This document shows positions 10,775-21,137 of a stretch of 32,000 bases of DNA, piece after piece. Source of the DNA: an uncultured Methanobacterium sp. GTDB lineage: Archaea; Methanobacteriota; Methanobacteria; Methanobacteriales; Methanobacteriaceae. Each line of letters begins with the position of its first letter. Position 1 is the stretch's first letter. The DNA lies in the NCBI GenBank assembly GCA_964508435.1, contig CAZDTW010000008.1:5870-37869 (forward strand), given 5' to 3'. Below the pieces are notes generated by a model that was not told the origin of the DNA, searched no databases, and was given only the letters and a program-made list of their open reading frames with translations. The translations under genes were made by a program, and so were the position numbers.

Positions 10775-10807
10775 ATAATTTATTACTTGGTAAACAATTT
10801 GAAAATT

Positions 10808-11557
10808 TTATTCAAAATCCAGATCCCATTTTTCTAGATCATCTTCATCCAGAATTATTTCCGCTACACGTTTATAGGCTTGGATAACTCCTGATTCTCC
10901 TTTACGAAAGAGATCCTTGTCTAGGACATCAAAGGTTTCACTGTCCCAGAAGCGACAAGTATCCGGGCTGATTTCATCTCCCAACACGATATTTCCCGCT
11001 GTATCGCGACCGTATTCTATTTTAAAGTCTGGAAACGTGATTCCTTTCCTTTCCAGGAAATTCTTGAGTATTTTATTTATTTGCAAGGTTATTTTGCGAA
11101 TGTAATCCAAGTCTTCCTGGGTTACGATACCCAGGGCGATGGCTATATCATCGTTTAACATGGGGTCATGATATTCGTCATTTTTGAAGTCCATCTGGAT
11201 CAGGGGAGGATCAAATTTCTCTCCCTCCGAGAATGGAAAACGGCGCACTAAACTTCCTGCTGCAATATTACGGGTTATAACCTCCAGGGGTATCATTTCC
11301 AATTTTTTACAGAGCATGTAACCCGGTTCAGGAAGGTCCAGATACTGGGTTTCCACTCCTCCATCAGCTAATAATTGAAAGAACTTAGCGGATATAATGG
11401 AATTGTAATATCCCTTCTTACCTATCGTATCTTTTTTTTGGCCATCGCCGGCCGTAATGTCATCCCTGAATTTAACCATAACCTGATCAGAATGGTTGGT
11501 TTCGTAAACATCCTTGGCCTTGCCCTGATATAAGAGCTTTCCCACTTCAAACTTCAT
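10808..11557 (-). CDS. purC: Phosphoribosylaminoimidazole-succinocarboxamide (SAICAR) synthase
   Basis: Motifs [24 protein letters not shown] and [14 protein letters not shown]. The start is moved from 11569 to ATG 11557, which has GGAG 7 nt upstream. Confidence 0.9.
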   Translation of the reverse strand: MKFEVGKLLYQGKAKDVYETNHSDQVMVKFRDDITAGDGQKKDTIGKKGYYNSIISAKFFQLLADGGVETQYLDLPEPGYMLCKKLEMIPLEVITRNIAAGSLVRRFPFSEGEKFDPPLIQMDFKNDEYHDPMLNDDIAIALGIVTQEDLDYIRKITLQINKILKNFLERKGITFPDFKIEYGRDTAGNIVLGDEISPDTCRFWDSETFDVLDKDLFRKGESGVIQAYKRVAEIILDEDDLEKWDLDFE

Positions 11558-11688
11558 GTTTAACTCCATTTTCTTTTGTATCCAAGGTTTAATATACCTT
11601 TGAAACTACAATTATTTTATTGTAATTTTCTAAGTTTAAAATTATACCTAGATCAAGTTAAACTAAAAAACGCTTTTTGGTGAAATAT

Positions 11689-13467
11689 ATGTGTGGAATT
11701 GTAGGATGCATACTTAAGGACAAAAAAGCAGCACCAATACTCTTAGAGTGCGTAAGGCGTTTAGAGTACCGGGGCTATGATTCGGTGGGTATAGCCACCT
11801 CCTCATCATCAATCAATATCAAGAAAGACAGTGGAAAAATTGATGAAGTTCATGAAAGATTGCATCTGGACGAACTGCCTGGTAGGGTTGGAATTGCGCA
11901 TGTCCGCTGGGCCACCCATGGCCTCCCAACCCGTGAAAATGCCCATCCACATACTGATTGTAATAATAAAATAGTCCTGGTGCATAACGGCATCATAGAG
12001 AACTATCAGGAACTAAAGGACCAGCTACAGAAGGAGGGTCATCATTTCCACTCCGACACCGACACCGAGGTAATAGCCCACCTGATAGAAAAACAAATGG
12101 ATGGGGGAAAGGATTTTGAGGAAGCGGTTCGTGTAGCAACCCAGAATATTAATGGCTCCTATGCCCTGGCAATCATTCACACTGATTATCCAGATACAAT
12201 CATCGGAGTTCGTAAGGAAAGTCCCCTTATCTTAGGGGTGGGAGATGGTGACTATTTCCTGGCTTCGGATGTACCAGCCATACTGGAAGAAACCAATCGT
12301 GTCATTTATCTGGATGACGATGACATATTCATTATCAAAAGTGATGGTATCACAATAAAGGATGTTAATGGTATTATAAAGAAAAATAAAGTAGATATCA
12401 TTAACTGGAGCCCTGAAATGGCCCAGAAAGGCGGTTTTGATCACTTCATGATTAAGGAAATTCATGAACAACCAGAGGCGGTCCGTAACACTCTATCTGA
12501 ACTTGAGGAAATAGAAAAGACCGTTAAAAACTTTTCCAAATTTAACCGAGTATGTTTTGTAGCTTGTGGAACTTCCTATCACGCGGCCATGGTGGGTAAA
12601 TATCTATTTGAGGATTTAATAGGTCTTCCAGTGGACCTGGCATTGGCTTCCGAGTTCGAATTCTCAGCTGGAGCATTAAGGCCAGATACTCTGGTTATAT
12701 TTATCACCCAGTCTGGTGAAACTGCAGACACCATGAAAGCCCTGGAATTAGCTAAAGAAAAGTCCGAAACCCTGGCAATTGTGAATGTGATAGGAAGCAG
12801 AGCTACTAGGGAGGCGGATCATGTAATTTACACTCGAGCAGGCCCAGAAATAGGAGTAGCTGCTACTAAAACCTACGTTAGCCAGTTAACTTGCATATAC
12901 ATTCTGGCCGCTTGCATGGCCGAAAATAGTGAACTTCTGGAGGAACTAAAGAAAGCGCCGGACTATATGAGGGCGGTTCTGGAACAGGAAGACTTCATAA
13001 AAGAAATATCTCCCCAGTACAAGGATGCCCAGGATTTCTTCTTCATTGGTAGAGGTTTTTCATATCCCACTGCCATGGAAGGCGCCCTTAAATTAAAGGA
13101 GATCACCTACATCCATGGAGAAGGATACGCTGCCGGTGAACTGAAACATGGGCCATTAGCCTTAATAAGTGATGGAGTACCAGTAGTGGCAGTGGTACCC
13201 CCTGGTAAGAGCCACGACCGGACTATGGGTAATGTGAAAGAGGTTAAAGCACGTGGAGCCCGAGTGATAGGTTTAGGATCAGAGAAGGACGTCAACTTAC
13301 GTTCTGAATCCCATGATATGATGAGATTAGACGATAATGTCAGTGAATTAATTTCTCCCCTGATTTATGTAGTTCCCCTGCAATTACTGGCTTACCATAT
13401 AAGCGTAGAAAGAGGTATAAATCCTGATCAACCAAAAAATCTGGCTAAATGCGTTACAGTAGTGTGA
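11689..13467 (+). CDS. glmS: Glutamine--fructose-6-phosphate aminotransferase (isomerising)
   Basis: The start is set at ATG 11689 so that the protein begins MCGIVG, giving the obligatory N-terminal Cys of Ntn amidotransferases. GGTGA lies upstream. Two SIS domains are present ([19 protein letters not shown]), and the C-terminus is NLAKCVTVV. Confidence 0.95.
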   Translation: MCGIVGCILKDKKAAPILLECVRRLEYRGYDSVGIATSSSSINIKKDSGKIDEVHERLHLDELPGRVGIAHVRWATHGLPTRENAHPHTDCNNKIVLVHNGIIENYQELKDQLQKEGHHFHSDTDTEVIAHLIEKQMDGGKDFEEAVRVATQNINGSYALAIIHTDYPDTIIGVRKESPLILGVGDGDYFLASDVPAILEETNRVIYLDDDDIFIIKSDGITIKDVNGIIKKNKVDIINWSPEMAQKGGFDHFMIKEIHEQPEAVRNTLSELEEIEKTVKNFSKFNRVCFVACGTSYHAAMVGKYLFEDLIGLPVDLALASEFEFSAGALRPDTLVIFITQSGETADTMKALELAKEKSETLAIVNVIGSRATREADHVIYTRAGPEIGVAATKTYVSQLTCIYILAACMAENSELLEELKKAPDYMRAVLEQEDFIKEISPQYKDAQDFFFIGRGFSYPTAMEGALKLKEITYIHGEGYAAGELKHGPLALISDGVPVVAVVPPGKSHDRTMGNVKEVKARGARVIGLGSEKDVNLRSESHDMMRLDDNVSELISPLIYVVPLQLLAYHISVERGINPDQPKNLAKCVTVV

Positions 13468-13678
13468 TTAGGTTTATTAATGGGATTTTAAGTATCTTAT
13501 GGGAGATATGGCTAATTTTATACATTCTGGATCTATTTAACACTATTTAAAGTAGAAATTGCCAGGGGTAGTATATTTAAAGATGGAGAAAAAATATAGT
13601 TTGGTTATAAAAGGATCATCACTGCCAACTAAATCTTGTAACAATAGGAAGAATATAATCAATTCCTGAGGTTGTTTA

Positions 13679-13942
13679 ATGAAACCCCAAAAATATGGTA
13701 AACTGTTTATCGTGCTCATGATAGCCCTCCTGGCCTATGGGTTCGCATCAGGAGTACATGCACTGGGAATAGGTGAGGATGTTGGGAATAATCTCATTAA
13801 CTCCGATCTGAGCCTATCTGGGGATCAGAAGATTAGCGAAGTCAGCGATCCTTCTTTCAATCCAACTAATCTCAACCGTAGAGTGGTTATTAATGTTACC
13901 AACGCCACTCCTAAAAATATAACGGCAAATCAGACTCAGTAA
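13679..13942 (+). CDS. Small secreted protein with a C-terminal N-glycosylation sequon cluster
   Basis: 87 aa. The signal/anchor segment is KLFIVLMIALLAYGFASGVHA. The C-terminus INVTNATPKNITANQTQ carries four N-x-T sequons in 17 residues. GAGG lies upstream of the ATG. Confidence 0.5.
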   Translation: MKPQKYGKLFIVLMIALLAYGFASGVHALGIGEDVGNNLINSDLSLSGDQKISEVSDPSFNPTNLNRRVVINVTNATPKNITANQTQ

Positions 13943-14020
13943 GTTTCAAGATTAATAAATAGAATTAACTATTCTAAGAACTCTGATCAATAGCCTATAT
14001 AAGTTTATTCAGGTGATTTA

Positions 14021-14596
14021 ATGCAGGAAAGGAATACGATTGGGCCAAAAATCCGACAATTAAGAGAAAGGCGAGACATGACCGTGGAACAACTGGCAGA
14101 AACCAGTCAGTGTAATGAAGAACTGATAAAAAACCTGGAAGATGGTGCATTGGTCCCATCTCTCACTCCTCTTTTAAGGATTGCCAAGGCTTTAGGGGTA
14201 CGTCTGGGAACATTTATGGATGATCATCCTCAAAATGGTCCGTTTAAATTAGAAGCTGATAAACACGAAAATCTGATTAGATTCTCTGGTAAGGACGCCA
14301 CCTCTGACCAAAGTGCATTGGACTTTTATTCCCTGGCCTATGGGAAAGGAGATAGACATATGGAACCATTCATAATCGATGTCCACCCCCTGCAAGCCGA
14401 TGAATATAAACTTTCCTCCCATGAGGGTGAGGAGTTTATTTACGTACTAAGAGGCAGTATTGAGATTTTTTACGGGCAACAGAAATTCCTGCTCGATGAA
14501 GGGGATAGCATATATTATGATTCAATAGTTCCCCATGATTTACATGCTCATATAGAAGATGCCAAGATTTTAGCAGTGGTCTACGCCCCCCTATGA
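14021..14596 (+). CDS. XRE-family HTH transcriptional regulator with a C-terminal cupin sensor domain
   Basis: HTH_3: [36 protein letters not shown]. Cupin: [16 protein letters not shown] ... [21 protein letters not shown] lies 3 nt upstream of the ATG. Confidence 0.8.
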   Translation: MQERNTIGPKIRQLRERRDMTVEQLAETSQCNEELIKNLEDGALVPSLTPLLRIAKALGVRLGTFMDDHPQNGPFKLEADKHENLIRFSGKDATSDQSALDFYSLAYGKGDRHMEPFIIDVHPLQADEYKLSSHEGEEFIYVLRGSIEIFYGQQKFLLDEGDSIYYDSIVPHDLHAHIEDAKILAVVYAPL

Positions 14597-14615
14597 ATTT
14601 ACCTAGTGATTTTAC

Positions 14616-15026
14616 ATGTTAGATATTGTAGTAACTCCCCGATTTGGAGATACAGATGGACTAAGACATATTAATAATATAGCCCTTGCAGAATGGTTTG
14701 AACTGGCCAGGAATCCTCTTTATCGTCTTTTTACTCCGGATTTGGATCTTCGCTATGAAAAATGGAAGTTGATCATGGTCCGCACTGAATTTGATTTCCT
14801 GGGGCAGATGTACTACGGTAGTGATGTTCATATAAAAACCTACATAAGCAAAATCGGAAACACTTCCTTTGTTACCACTCATGAGGCCTGGCAAAATGGC
14901 CATTTAAGGGCTCAAGGGAGGGCAGTTATAGTTCATTTTGATTTTGTGGAACAAAAGAGTAAATCCATCCCAGATTCTATCCGAAAAAGTCTCATGGAAC
15001 ATCTGGTGGATGAAGAAACAGAATAG
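14616..15026 (+). CDS. Hotdog-fold acyl-CoA thioesterase (4HBT/YbgC-like)
   Basis: 136 aa. The N-terminal [24 protein letters not shown] matches the 4HBT-type catalytic-Asp region. GTGAT lies upstream. Confidence 0.7.
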   Translation: MLDIVVTPRFGDTDGLRHINNIALAEWFELARNPLYRLFTPDLDLRYEKWKLIMVRTEFDFLGQMYYGSDVHIKTYISKIGNTSFVTTHEAWQNGHLRAQGRAVIVHFDFVEQKSKSIPDSIRKSLMEHLVDEETE

Positions 15027-15040
15027 AAATAGGTGTTATA

Positions 15041-16702
15041 ATGCTTTTCACCGAAGATACCATAGGATATTTCCTGGAAAAGGGGGTTAAAGAACACCCC
15101 GATAGAGATTTCATGGTCTATCCCGATCGAGGCTTGCGACTGAGTTATAAAGAATTTGATGACCGGGTCAACCTCCTGGCCAAAGGATTATTGTCTATTG
15201 GGATTGAAAAGGGTGATCATGTAGGTATTTGGGCCCTTAACGTGCCAGACTGGCTTACTTTCATGTTTGCCACTGCCAAGATTGGAGTGGTTCTGGTAAC
15301 AGTTAACACTGCTTACCGCAGTCACGAACTGGCCTATGTGATAGAACAGTCTGACATGAAAGCCCTGGCCATAATAGACGGATTCCGGGACATTGACTAT
15401 GTTCAAACAGTTTATGAACTGGTTCCTGAGCTAAAAACCCAGGAAAGAGGGGAATTAAAAAGCGAAATGTTCCCTTATCTAAAAAACGTCATTTATATAG
15501 GTCCTGAGAAGCACCGGGGTATGTATAATACTCCTGAATTACTGTTACTTGGAAAACACACTCCCGATGACGACTTTTTACGTACTAAGGACAGTTTAAA
15601 TGGTGATGAAGTTATTAACATGCAGTACACCTCCGGAACTACCGGATTCCCCAAGGGGGTAATGCTCTCACACATCAATATCCTTAACAACGGTTATTAC
15701 ATCGGTGAACGGCAAAAATTCACAGGAAAGGACAGATTATGCATTACTGTTCCTTTATTTCACTGTTTCGGCATTGTACTGGCTATTATGGCTACATTAA
15801 CCCATGGATCCACCAATGTGATGGTGGAAGTTTTCGATCCATTGTTGGTGCTGGCTGCAGTCCAAAAAGAAAAGTGTACAGCCCTATATGGAGTTCCAAC
15901 TATGTTCATAGCCGAGTACAGTCATCCAATGTTCGATATGTTCGACCTTTCCAGCCTGCGTACCGGTATTATGGCTGGTTCCACCCCACCCATCGAAGCC
16001 ATGAAAAAGGTAGTCAATGACATGCACATGACGGAGGTAACCAGTGTATACGGTCTAACCGAGGGCTCACCAGGGTTCACCCAGACCAGTACCGATGACC
16101 CTCTCGAGAAAAGGGTGGAAACAGTGGGCAAGAATCTCCCTGAATGTGAGGTTAAGATTGTGGATCCAGAGACCTGGGAAACCCTGGGACCTGGTCAAAC
16201 TGGTGAAATATGTTGTAAGGGTTATAATATTATGAAAGGCTATTATAAAATGCCTGAAAAGACAAGAGAAGTAATTGATAAAGACGGATGGCTTCATAGT
16301 GGAGATCTGGCCACTGTAGATGAAGAAGGTTACTATTCCATTGTGGGCCGCATCAAAGACATGATAATCCGTGGTGGAGAGAACATCTATCCACGGGAGA
16401 TAGAGGAATTCCTGTACACCATGCCAGGCATCCTCGACGTACAGGTGGTCGGTATTCCTGATTTGAAATACGGTGAAATCGTTGGTGCATTTATAATCCT
16501 GGCTGAAGGAGCAGATCTGTCTGAGGAAGATGTGCGGGACTATGCACTAACGAAAATAGCCCGGTATAAGGTACCTAAACACGTCTTCTTTGTGAATGAA
16601 TTCCCCTTGACTGCCAGTGGCAAGATTCAGAAGTTTAAACTCAGGGACCAGGCTGTAGAATTATTGGAAAAAAGGAAGGACCAGGAAGAAGATATTAACT
16701 AA
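15041..16702 (+). CDS. AMP-dependent acyl-CoA synthetase/ligase (fatty-acid/medium-chain type)
   Basis: 553 aa. Adenylate-forming motifs [41 protein letters not shown] and [20 protein letters not shown], plus the C-terminal SGKIQK. AGGTG lies upstream. Confidence 0.9.
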   Translation: MLFTEDTIGYFLEKGVKEHPDRDFMVYPDRGLRLSYKEFDDRVNLLAKGLLSIGIEKGDHVGIWALNVPDWLTFMFATAKIGVVLVTVNTAYRSHELAYVIEQSDMKALAIIDGFRDIDYVQTVYELVPELKTQERGELKSEMFPYLKNVIYIGPEKHRGMYNTPELLLLGKHTPDDDFLRTKDSLNGDEVINMQYTSGTTGFPKGVMLSHINILNNGYYIGERQKFTGKDRLCITVPLFHCFGIVLAIMATLTHGSTNVMVEVFDPLLVLAAVQKEKCTALYGVPTMFIAEYSHPMFDMFDLSSLRTGIMAGSTPPIEAMKKVVNDMHMTEVTSVYGLTEGSPGFTQTSTDDPLEKRVETVGKNLPECEVKIVDPETWETLGPGQTGEICCKGYNIMKGYYKMPEKTREVIDKDGWLHSGDLATVDEEGYYSIVGRIKDMIIRGGENIYPREIEEFLYTMPGILDVQVVGIPDLKYGEIVGAFIILAEGADLSEEDVRDYALTKIARYKVPKHVFFVNEFPLTASGKIQKFKLRDQAVELLEKRKDQEEDIN

Positions 16703-16782
16703 TGATTTATTAACAATTTAAGTATTTATTAGGAATTTATCTTGCAAAGAAGTAAAATTAAAACTGGGGTTTCCTTAAACCA

Positions 16783-16790
16783 TTTTATAT
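16783..16790 (+). promoter_or_regulatory. TATA-box-like element upstream of the helicase gene
   Basis: TTTTATAT ends 19 nt before ATG 16809, and there is no SD. The spacing would imply a leaderless or near-leaderless mRNA. Confidence 0.3.
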
Positions 16791-16808
16791 TCTTTTTTTG
16801 ATGAGAAC

Positions 16809-19301
16809 ATGATTATACTGCGGAAAAAAAACAGGATTGTGGAACTATTCCCCATAGGAAGTTCTAAAGACGCCTTAAACCAGCGACGCAAACCGTTATT
16901 TTATGGATATCTAAAACTTCGACGGGTTAAAGATCAGTTGAAGATCCACCGTTTCGTGGTACAGAAAGATAAAGAAATGATTCTACCGCCTTCAGAGGCA
17001 GTTAAGATTCTTAGAAAACAAAACGTTTTTCTGGTGGAGGATGACCTTGAAATTGAGGAGCTGATGGAGTCTTTACATATTAAGTACCGGAAGACCAGTA
17101 TGTGCCGACACTGTACCTTCACCGGTCATATAACTTTACTGGAACGTGAAAGATCATATCGTTACCACCATGATGACATCTGCCGTTTATGTGCCGAGGA
17201 AGAGATAAAAAGGGAGCTAAAAAATCATTCCTTTGATTTAAAGATGTTCCCCACTTTCCGGAGAATGCTCAACCGCACTGGGGATCTGGAAAAGGTCCTT
17301 AAAATGTTTGATCCACGTTTCAATCCCCTAGAGGAGCGTAATCTCACCATTTATGACCAGATTGCCGGGGGTGGGAATGATAAAAATCAGAAAGTGAGTA
17401 TGGATGAGCTGGATCTTCCCAATAGTTTTAAGACTATTTTAAAAAAACAGGGCACCCATCTCCTCCCGGTCCAGATTATCGCCGTTAATGCCGGACTTCT
17501 GACTGGAGAAAACCTGCTGGTGGTCTCTGCCACAGCCAGTGGAAAAACACTTATCGGTGAGATGGCGGGAATACCGCGGGCCATGAAGGGGGGGAAATTC
17601 CTTTACCTGTCACCTCTGGTGGCTTTGGCCAATCAGAAGTATCGGGACTTCCAGAAGAGATATAGAAATCTGGGCCTTAAAGTATCCATAAGGGTGGGTA
17701 TGAGCCGCATAAAGGCCCGTGAGGAACTATCACTACCCGAAAGTAAAGTTGAAGATTCTGATATTATAGTGGGAACCTACGAGGGTCTGGACTTTCTCCT
17801 GAGGGCTGGCCGGGCATCTGAGCTGGGTAATCTTTCAACGTTGGTGGTTGACGAAATCCATATGCTGGGAGATGAGGATCGTGGCCCCCGGCTTAAGGGA
17901 CTGATACAGAGGCTTAGCTTTCTGTTCCCAAATCTTCAGATAATTGGCCTATCAGCCACGGTGGGTAACAACCGGGAGATTGCCGATAAGTTTAAAATGA
18001 GACTGGTGGAATACTCAAAACGGCCGGTTCCACTGGAACGACACCTCATATTCGCCCGCACCGAGGAGGATAAGAACCATTGGATGACTCAACTTACCAG
18101 ATTAGAATTTCAGAAACGATCCAAGAAGGGCTTCCACGGCCAAAGTATAATATTCACCAACTCCCGGAGAAAAACTCATTCCATAGCAGATTACCTGGTT
18201 AAAAGAGGGGTTAAAGCCGCCGCTTACCATGCTGGTCTGTCTTATTCAAAAAAAAATAGAATAGAAAAAGAATTTGGGGATCAGAAGATATCAACTGTGG
18301 TTACTACAGCTGCTCTGGCTGCAGGGGTTGATTTTCCAGCCTCTCAGGTCATATTCGAAAGCCTCAATATGGGTAGAGAGATGCTCACTCCCAACGAATT
18401 TTCACAGATGATGGGTCGTGCCGGGCGTCCCAGCTACCATGACCAGGGGAAGGTTTACCTAATACCTGAGGTTGGAAGAAAATATGGGGATGAAACCGAG
18501 GAAAACATGGCGATAAGTCTTCTGGATAGTGATGTGGAATCCATTTACGTACAGTACAATGAAGATGGATTGGTTGAACAGGTTCTGGCTGATATTTGTG
18601 CCCGGGGACTTTCAAGAACATCTGAAATCTCTAAAGAATATGAAAATGATGAGATTCCATTGGAATTGGATTCTGTCTGGAATATCCTCCTGGACCAAAA
18701 ACTAATAAAAGAAAAAAAGGACCAAGTATTGCCCACAGCATATGGTAGGGCGGTGTCCATGTCATTTCTGAATTACCATGACGCTTTTTACATCCTAAAG
18801 AGGTTTAAAAGAACTAAACCATTGGAAATAGCCCTGAAGTTAGAACCATTTGAGAGCGCATACCTTTCAAGCAGATTAACTAACAAACTGGGTCGGGCCC
18901 TTAAGATAAACATGTCATCCCGGTTGTTCGCTGATTCTACCCTGGATATAATATCTTCTGGAGATGCACTGGCTAAACTGGAGCCAAATTTCCGGGAACG
19001 TCTATTAAATATGCAGATGGAATTCTTTTCCTGCCAGTGTAATGAAAGACCGTTCTGTGGTTGTTTTCAACGGGAATTATCCTACAAAATCGTCCATCGG
19101 CGTTTGAACCGGGAAGACCCGGCTGATATAAGTCGTAAACTTTTGCGTAACTTTGAGATCCATGCCTATGCCGGGGACATCTTCAGCTGGCTGGACAGCC
19201 TCATCCGGATGTTAGAAGCCATAGAAAGGATAGCATTGGCCTTTGATAACAGAAATGTGGTTAAAGAGTGTAGAAAGCTAATAAGAAGAATTGAAAATTA
19301 A
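16809..19301 (+). CDS. Ski2-like superfamily-2 helicase with an N-terminal 4-Cys zinc-finger region (ASH-Ski2 type)
   Basis: 830 aa. Motif I SATASGKT, motif II VDEIH, motif III SAT, motif VI QMMGRAGRP. N-terminal CRHC-x22-CRLC (nt 17103-17192) and C-terminal CQCNERPFCGC (nt 19032-19064). Confidence 0.8.
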   Translation: MIILRKKNRIVELFPIGSSKDALNQRRKPLFYGYLKLRRVKDQLKIHRFVVQKDKEMILPPSEAVKILRKQNVFLVEDDLEIEELMESLHIKYRKTSMCRHCTFTGHITLLERERSYRYHHDDICRLCAEEEIKRELKNHSFDLKMFPTFRRMLNRTGDLEKVLKMFDPRFNPLEERNLTIYDQIAGGGNDKNQKVSMDELDLPNSFKTILKKQGTHLLPVQIIAVNAGLLTGENLLVVSATASGKTLIGEMAGIPRAMKGGKFLYLSPLVALANQKYRDFQKRYRNLGLKVSIRVGMSRIKAREELSLPESKVEDSDIIVGTYEGLDFLLRAGRASELGNLSTLVVDEIHMLGDEDRGPRLKGLIQRLSFLFPNLQIIGLSATVGNNREIADKFKMRLVEYSKRPVPLERHLIFARTEEDKNHWMTQLTRLEFQKRSKKGFHGQSIIFTNSRRKTHSIADYLVKRGVKAAAYHAGLSYSKKNRIEKEFGDQKISTVVTTAALAAGVDFPASQVIFESLNMGREMLTPNEFSQMMGRAGRPSYHDQGKVYLIPEVGRKYGDETEENMAISLLDSDVESIYVQYNEDGLVEQVLADICARGLSRTSEISKEYENDEIPLELDSVWNILLDQKLIKEKKDQVLPTAYGRAVSMSFLNYHDAFYILKRFKRTKPLEIALKLEPFESAYLSSRLTNKLGRALKINMSSRLFADSTLDIISSGDALAKLEPNFRERLLNMQMEFFSCQCNERPFCGCFQRELSYKIVHRRLNREDPADISRKLLRNFEIHAYAGDIFSWLDSLIRMLEAIERIALAFDNRNVVKECRKLIRRIEN

Positions 19302-19437
19302 TTAAGATTATATCACTGTAACTGAAGTTTATTGTTTAATTTACTAGTCATGTAAGACGTCTCTTGAATTGATATTCACTTTAAAAGAAATTTTCATTTT
19401 TTAGAAGAATTATTTAAGAATTATTAGTTAAGATTAT

Positions 19438-21105
19438 ATGCACTCCTTCCTTACTGAAAACCATAAAAGAATTAATATGCCTGATTTTAACATTAAATAT
19501 TTTGTTAAAATAGTTTTATTAAGGTTGGATTCATATTTAAAAGATGATAAGATGATAAAAGATGCCAAAATACTGGTAATTGGTGCAGGTAATGCTGGAA
19601 GACCTGCAGCTCAACTTTTAAACTATATTGGTAATGAGATAAGATTATTAGACCAAAAAAGGTTCTCTGAACTTCCTCAAAAAGCAAAAATTCAGTTAAA
19701 AAACCTTGAATACAGTGGAATCACACTGGAGCTTGGAGAAGATCCGGATGAGAGCATAAAATGGGCCGATGCGGTTTTCATCTCTCCGAACATTCCAGAA
19801 GGTGCTGAAGTTCGCAATTTAATCTGCGAGGAACAGAAGAATAGGGGCTTGAAAGAAATTTCCACTGGTGATATTGGCCGGATCCTAAATTCCTTAGTCA
19901 TGATGCCTATTGTAGGGGTGGCTGGAACTGACGGGAAAACCACCACCACCAACATGATTTATCATAGCTTGAAACAGTTCTATAAACCGCTTCTTTTCTC
20001 ATCACTACAGAATTCTCTGGTTATTGAAGGTTTAATTCGACTGATAGTATCTGAAAACAAAACTGACTTCAATGTGGCCGTTTTGGAACTTCCTCATGGC
20101 ACTATACGAATGACTGAGGGACTGGAAATAGCGGTGGGGGTGGTTACCAACCTGACCCCTGATCATATGGAAGAATTCGATTCCTATTCAGATTACATTC
20201 AAAGAAATTTATCCATAAAAGATCTGTTACAAGAGAACGGAATTCTGGTGGTGAATGGGGATGACCCAATCCTCAGCCAGGCCGATCTGGATAATTATGA
20301 AACAATATATTATGGCCTGAACCAGCCAAAAACTATTGAATATCAGGGTGAAGTCTACTCGAACACTGGAGAAACTAAACTACAGGTGATGGCGGAAGAG
20401 ATAACTGATAAAGGTATGTTTGGATCAGAGTTCCGGGTAAAGGTTTTCAAAATCCCCACCCTGATCTGTGAAAACTGTAATAAACTTAATTGTGATTGTG
20501 GAGACTTTAAAAGAAAATATACGGATGATCAAACTACTAAAGTTAAGATAAGTCTTCCCAGTATCTTTAATATAGAAAATTCGCTGGCCACCATAGCTAC
20601 GATTCTGGTCTGGGGATATGATCTGGAGACCGCAAAAGATTGTGTAGAAAGTTTCACCAATTTAATGGGACGTTTTGAGAAAATTGGCACCATCAATAAT
20701 GTAGATGTATATATGGACGCTGCTCATAATCCAGATAGTATTGAAATGCTTTTAAGTAGCTTAAAGGTTGATGGTAGGCTGATAATTACCCTGGATAATC
20801 CGGACACCTTAACTATACGTAATAAATTTAGAATTGGAGAAATTTTGGGTAAATATGCCGATATTTTAATGGTCAGTGCTAAAAATGAGACCACCAAGAT
20901 GGTTGATAAAAAGGCCGCTGAAGAAGTCCTCAACGGGGCCAAACTCCATGAACAGCACATGACCCTAGATGTGGAGGATGCCATGAAACAAGCAATAAAA
21001 ATCGCAGTTGAAGGTGATTTAATAGTTCATATGGGTCCTGGAGTAGTTAATGAATATAAAAATGTTAAAAATGACATTTTAAAGGCTTTATCTGTGATAT
21101 CTTGA
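19438..21105 (+). CDS. Mur ligase family protein (candidate pseudomurein peptide ligase, MurD-like N-terminal Rossmann domain)
   Basis: Motifs: Rossmann ILVIGAGNAGRPAA, P-loop GVAGTDGKTTT, VLELPHG, VVTNLTPDHMEEF, VVNGDDP, DAAHNPDS. There is an inserted Cys cluster, CENCNKLNCDC. The start is ambiguous (ATG 19438, 19477 or 19552), and none has a clear SD. Confidence 0.8.
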   Translation: MHSFLTENHKRINMPDFNIKYFVKIVLLRLDSYLKDDKMIKDAKILVIGAGNAGRPAAQLLNYIGNEIRLLDQKRFSELPQKAKIQLKNLEYSGITLELGEDPDESIKWADAVFISPNIPEGAEVRNLICEEQKNRGLKEISTGDIGRILNSLVMMPIVGVAGTDGKTTTTNMIYHSLKQFYKPLLFSSLQNSLVIEGLIRLIVSENKTDFNVAVLELPHGTIRMTEGLEIAVGVVTNLTPDHMEEFDSYSDYIQRNLSIKDLLQENGILVVNGDDPILSQADLDNYETIYYGLNQPKTIEYQGEVYSNTGETKLQVMAEEITDKGMFGSEFRVKVFKIPTLICENCNKLNCDCGDFKRKYTDDQTTKVKISLPSIFNIENSLATIATILVWGYDLETAKDCVESFTNLMGRFEKIGTINNVDVYMDAAHNPDSIEMLLSSLKVDGRLIITLDNPDTLTIRNKFRIGEILGKYADILMVSAKNETTKMVDKKAAEEVLNGAKLHEQHMTLDVEDAMKQAIKIAVEGDLIVHMGPGVVNEYKNVKNDILKALSVIS

Positions 21106-21137
21106 ATTAGCTGATATGAATTCCGAAAATATCCAAT

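Noticed and set aside
11570-11688. Possible glmS ribozyme or riboswitch in the glmS leader.
   Set aside because: The 119-nt spacer is AT-rich with no GC-paired helices. The glmS ribozyme is a bacterial element, and nothing resembling its core is visible.
14616-16702. Thioesterase + CoA ligase as a 4-chlorobenzoate-type dehalogenation pathway.
   Set aside because: The defining dehalogenase (crotonase-fold) gene is absent from the cassette, and substrate specificity cannot be read from the sequence.
16799-16860. UGAUGA (C-box-like) at 16799-16804, considered as a box C/D sRNA.
   Set aside because: There is no downstream CUGA D box or terminal pairing within 50-70 nt, and the region overlaps the helicase start codon.
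19302-19439. Exact 12-nt direct repeat TTAAGATTATAT (19302-19313 and 19428-19439) bounding the helicase/Mur-ligase spacer, considered as target-site duplications of a MITE-like insert.
   Set aside because: There are no terminal inverted repeats inside the repeats, and the spacer is AT-rich and low-complexity (AAGAATTATT also occurs twice). A chance or slippage origin is more likely than a mobile element.
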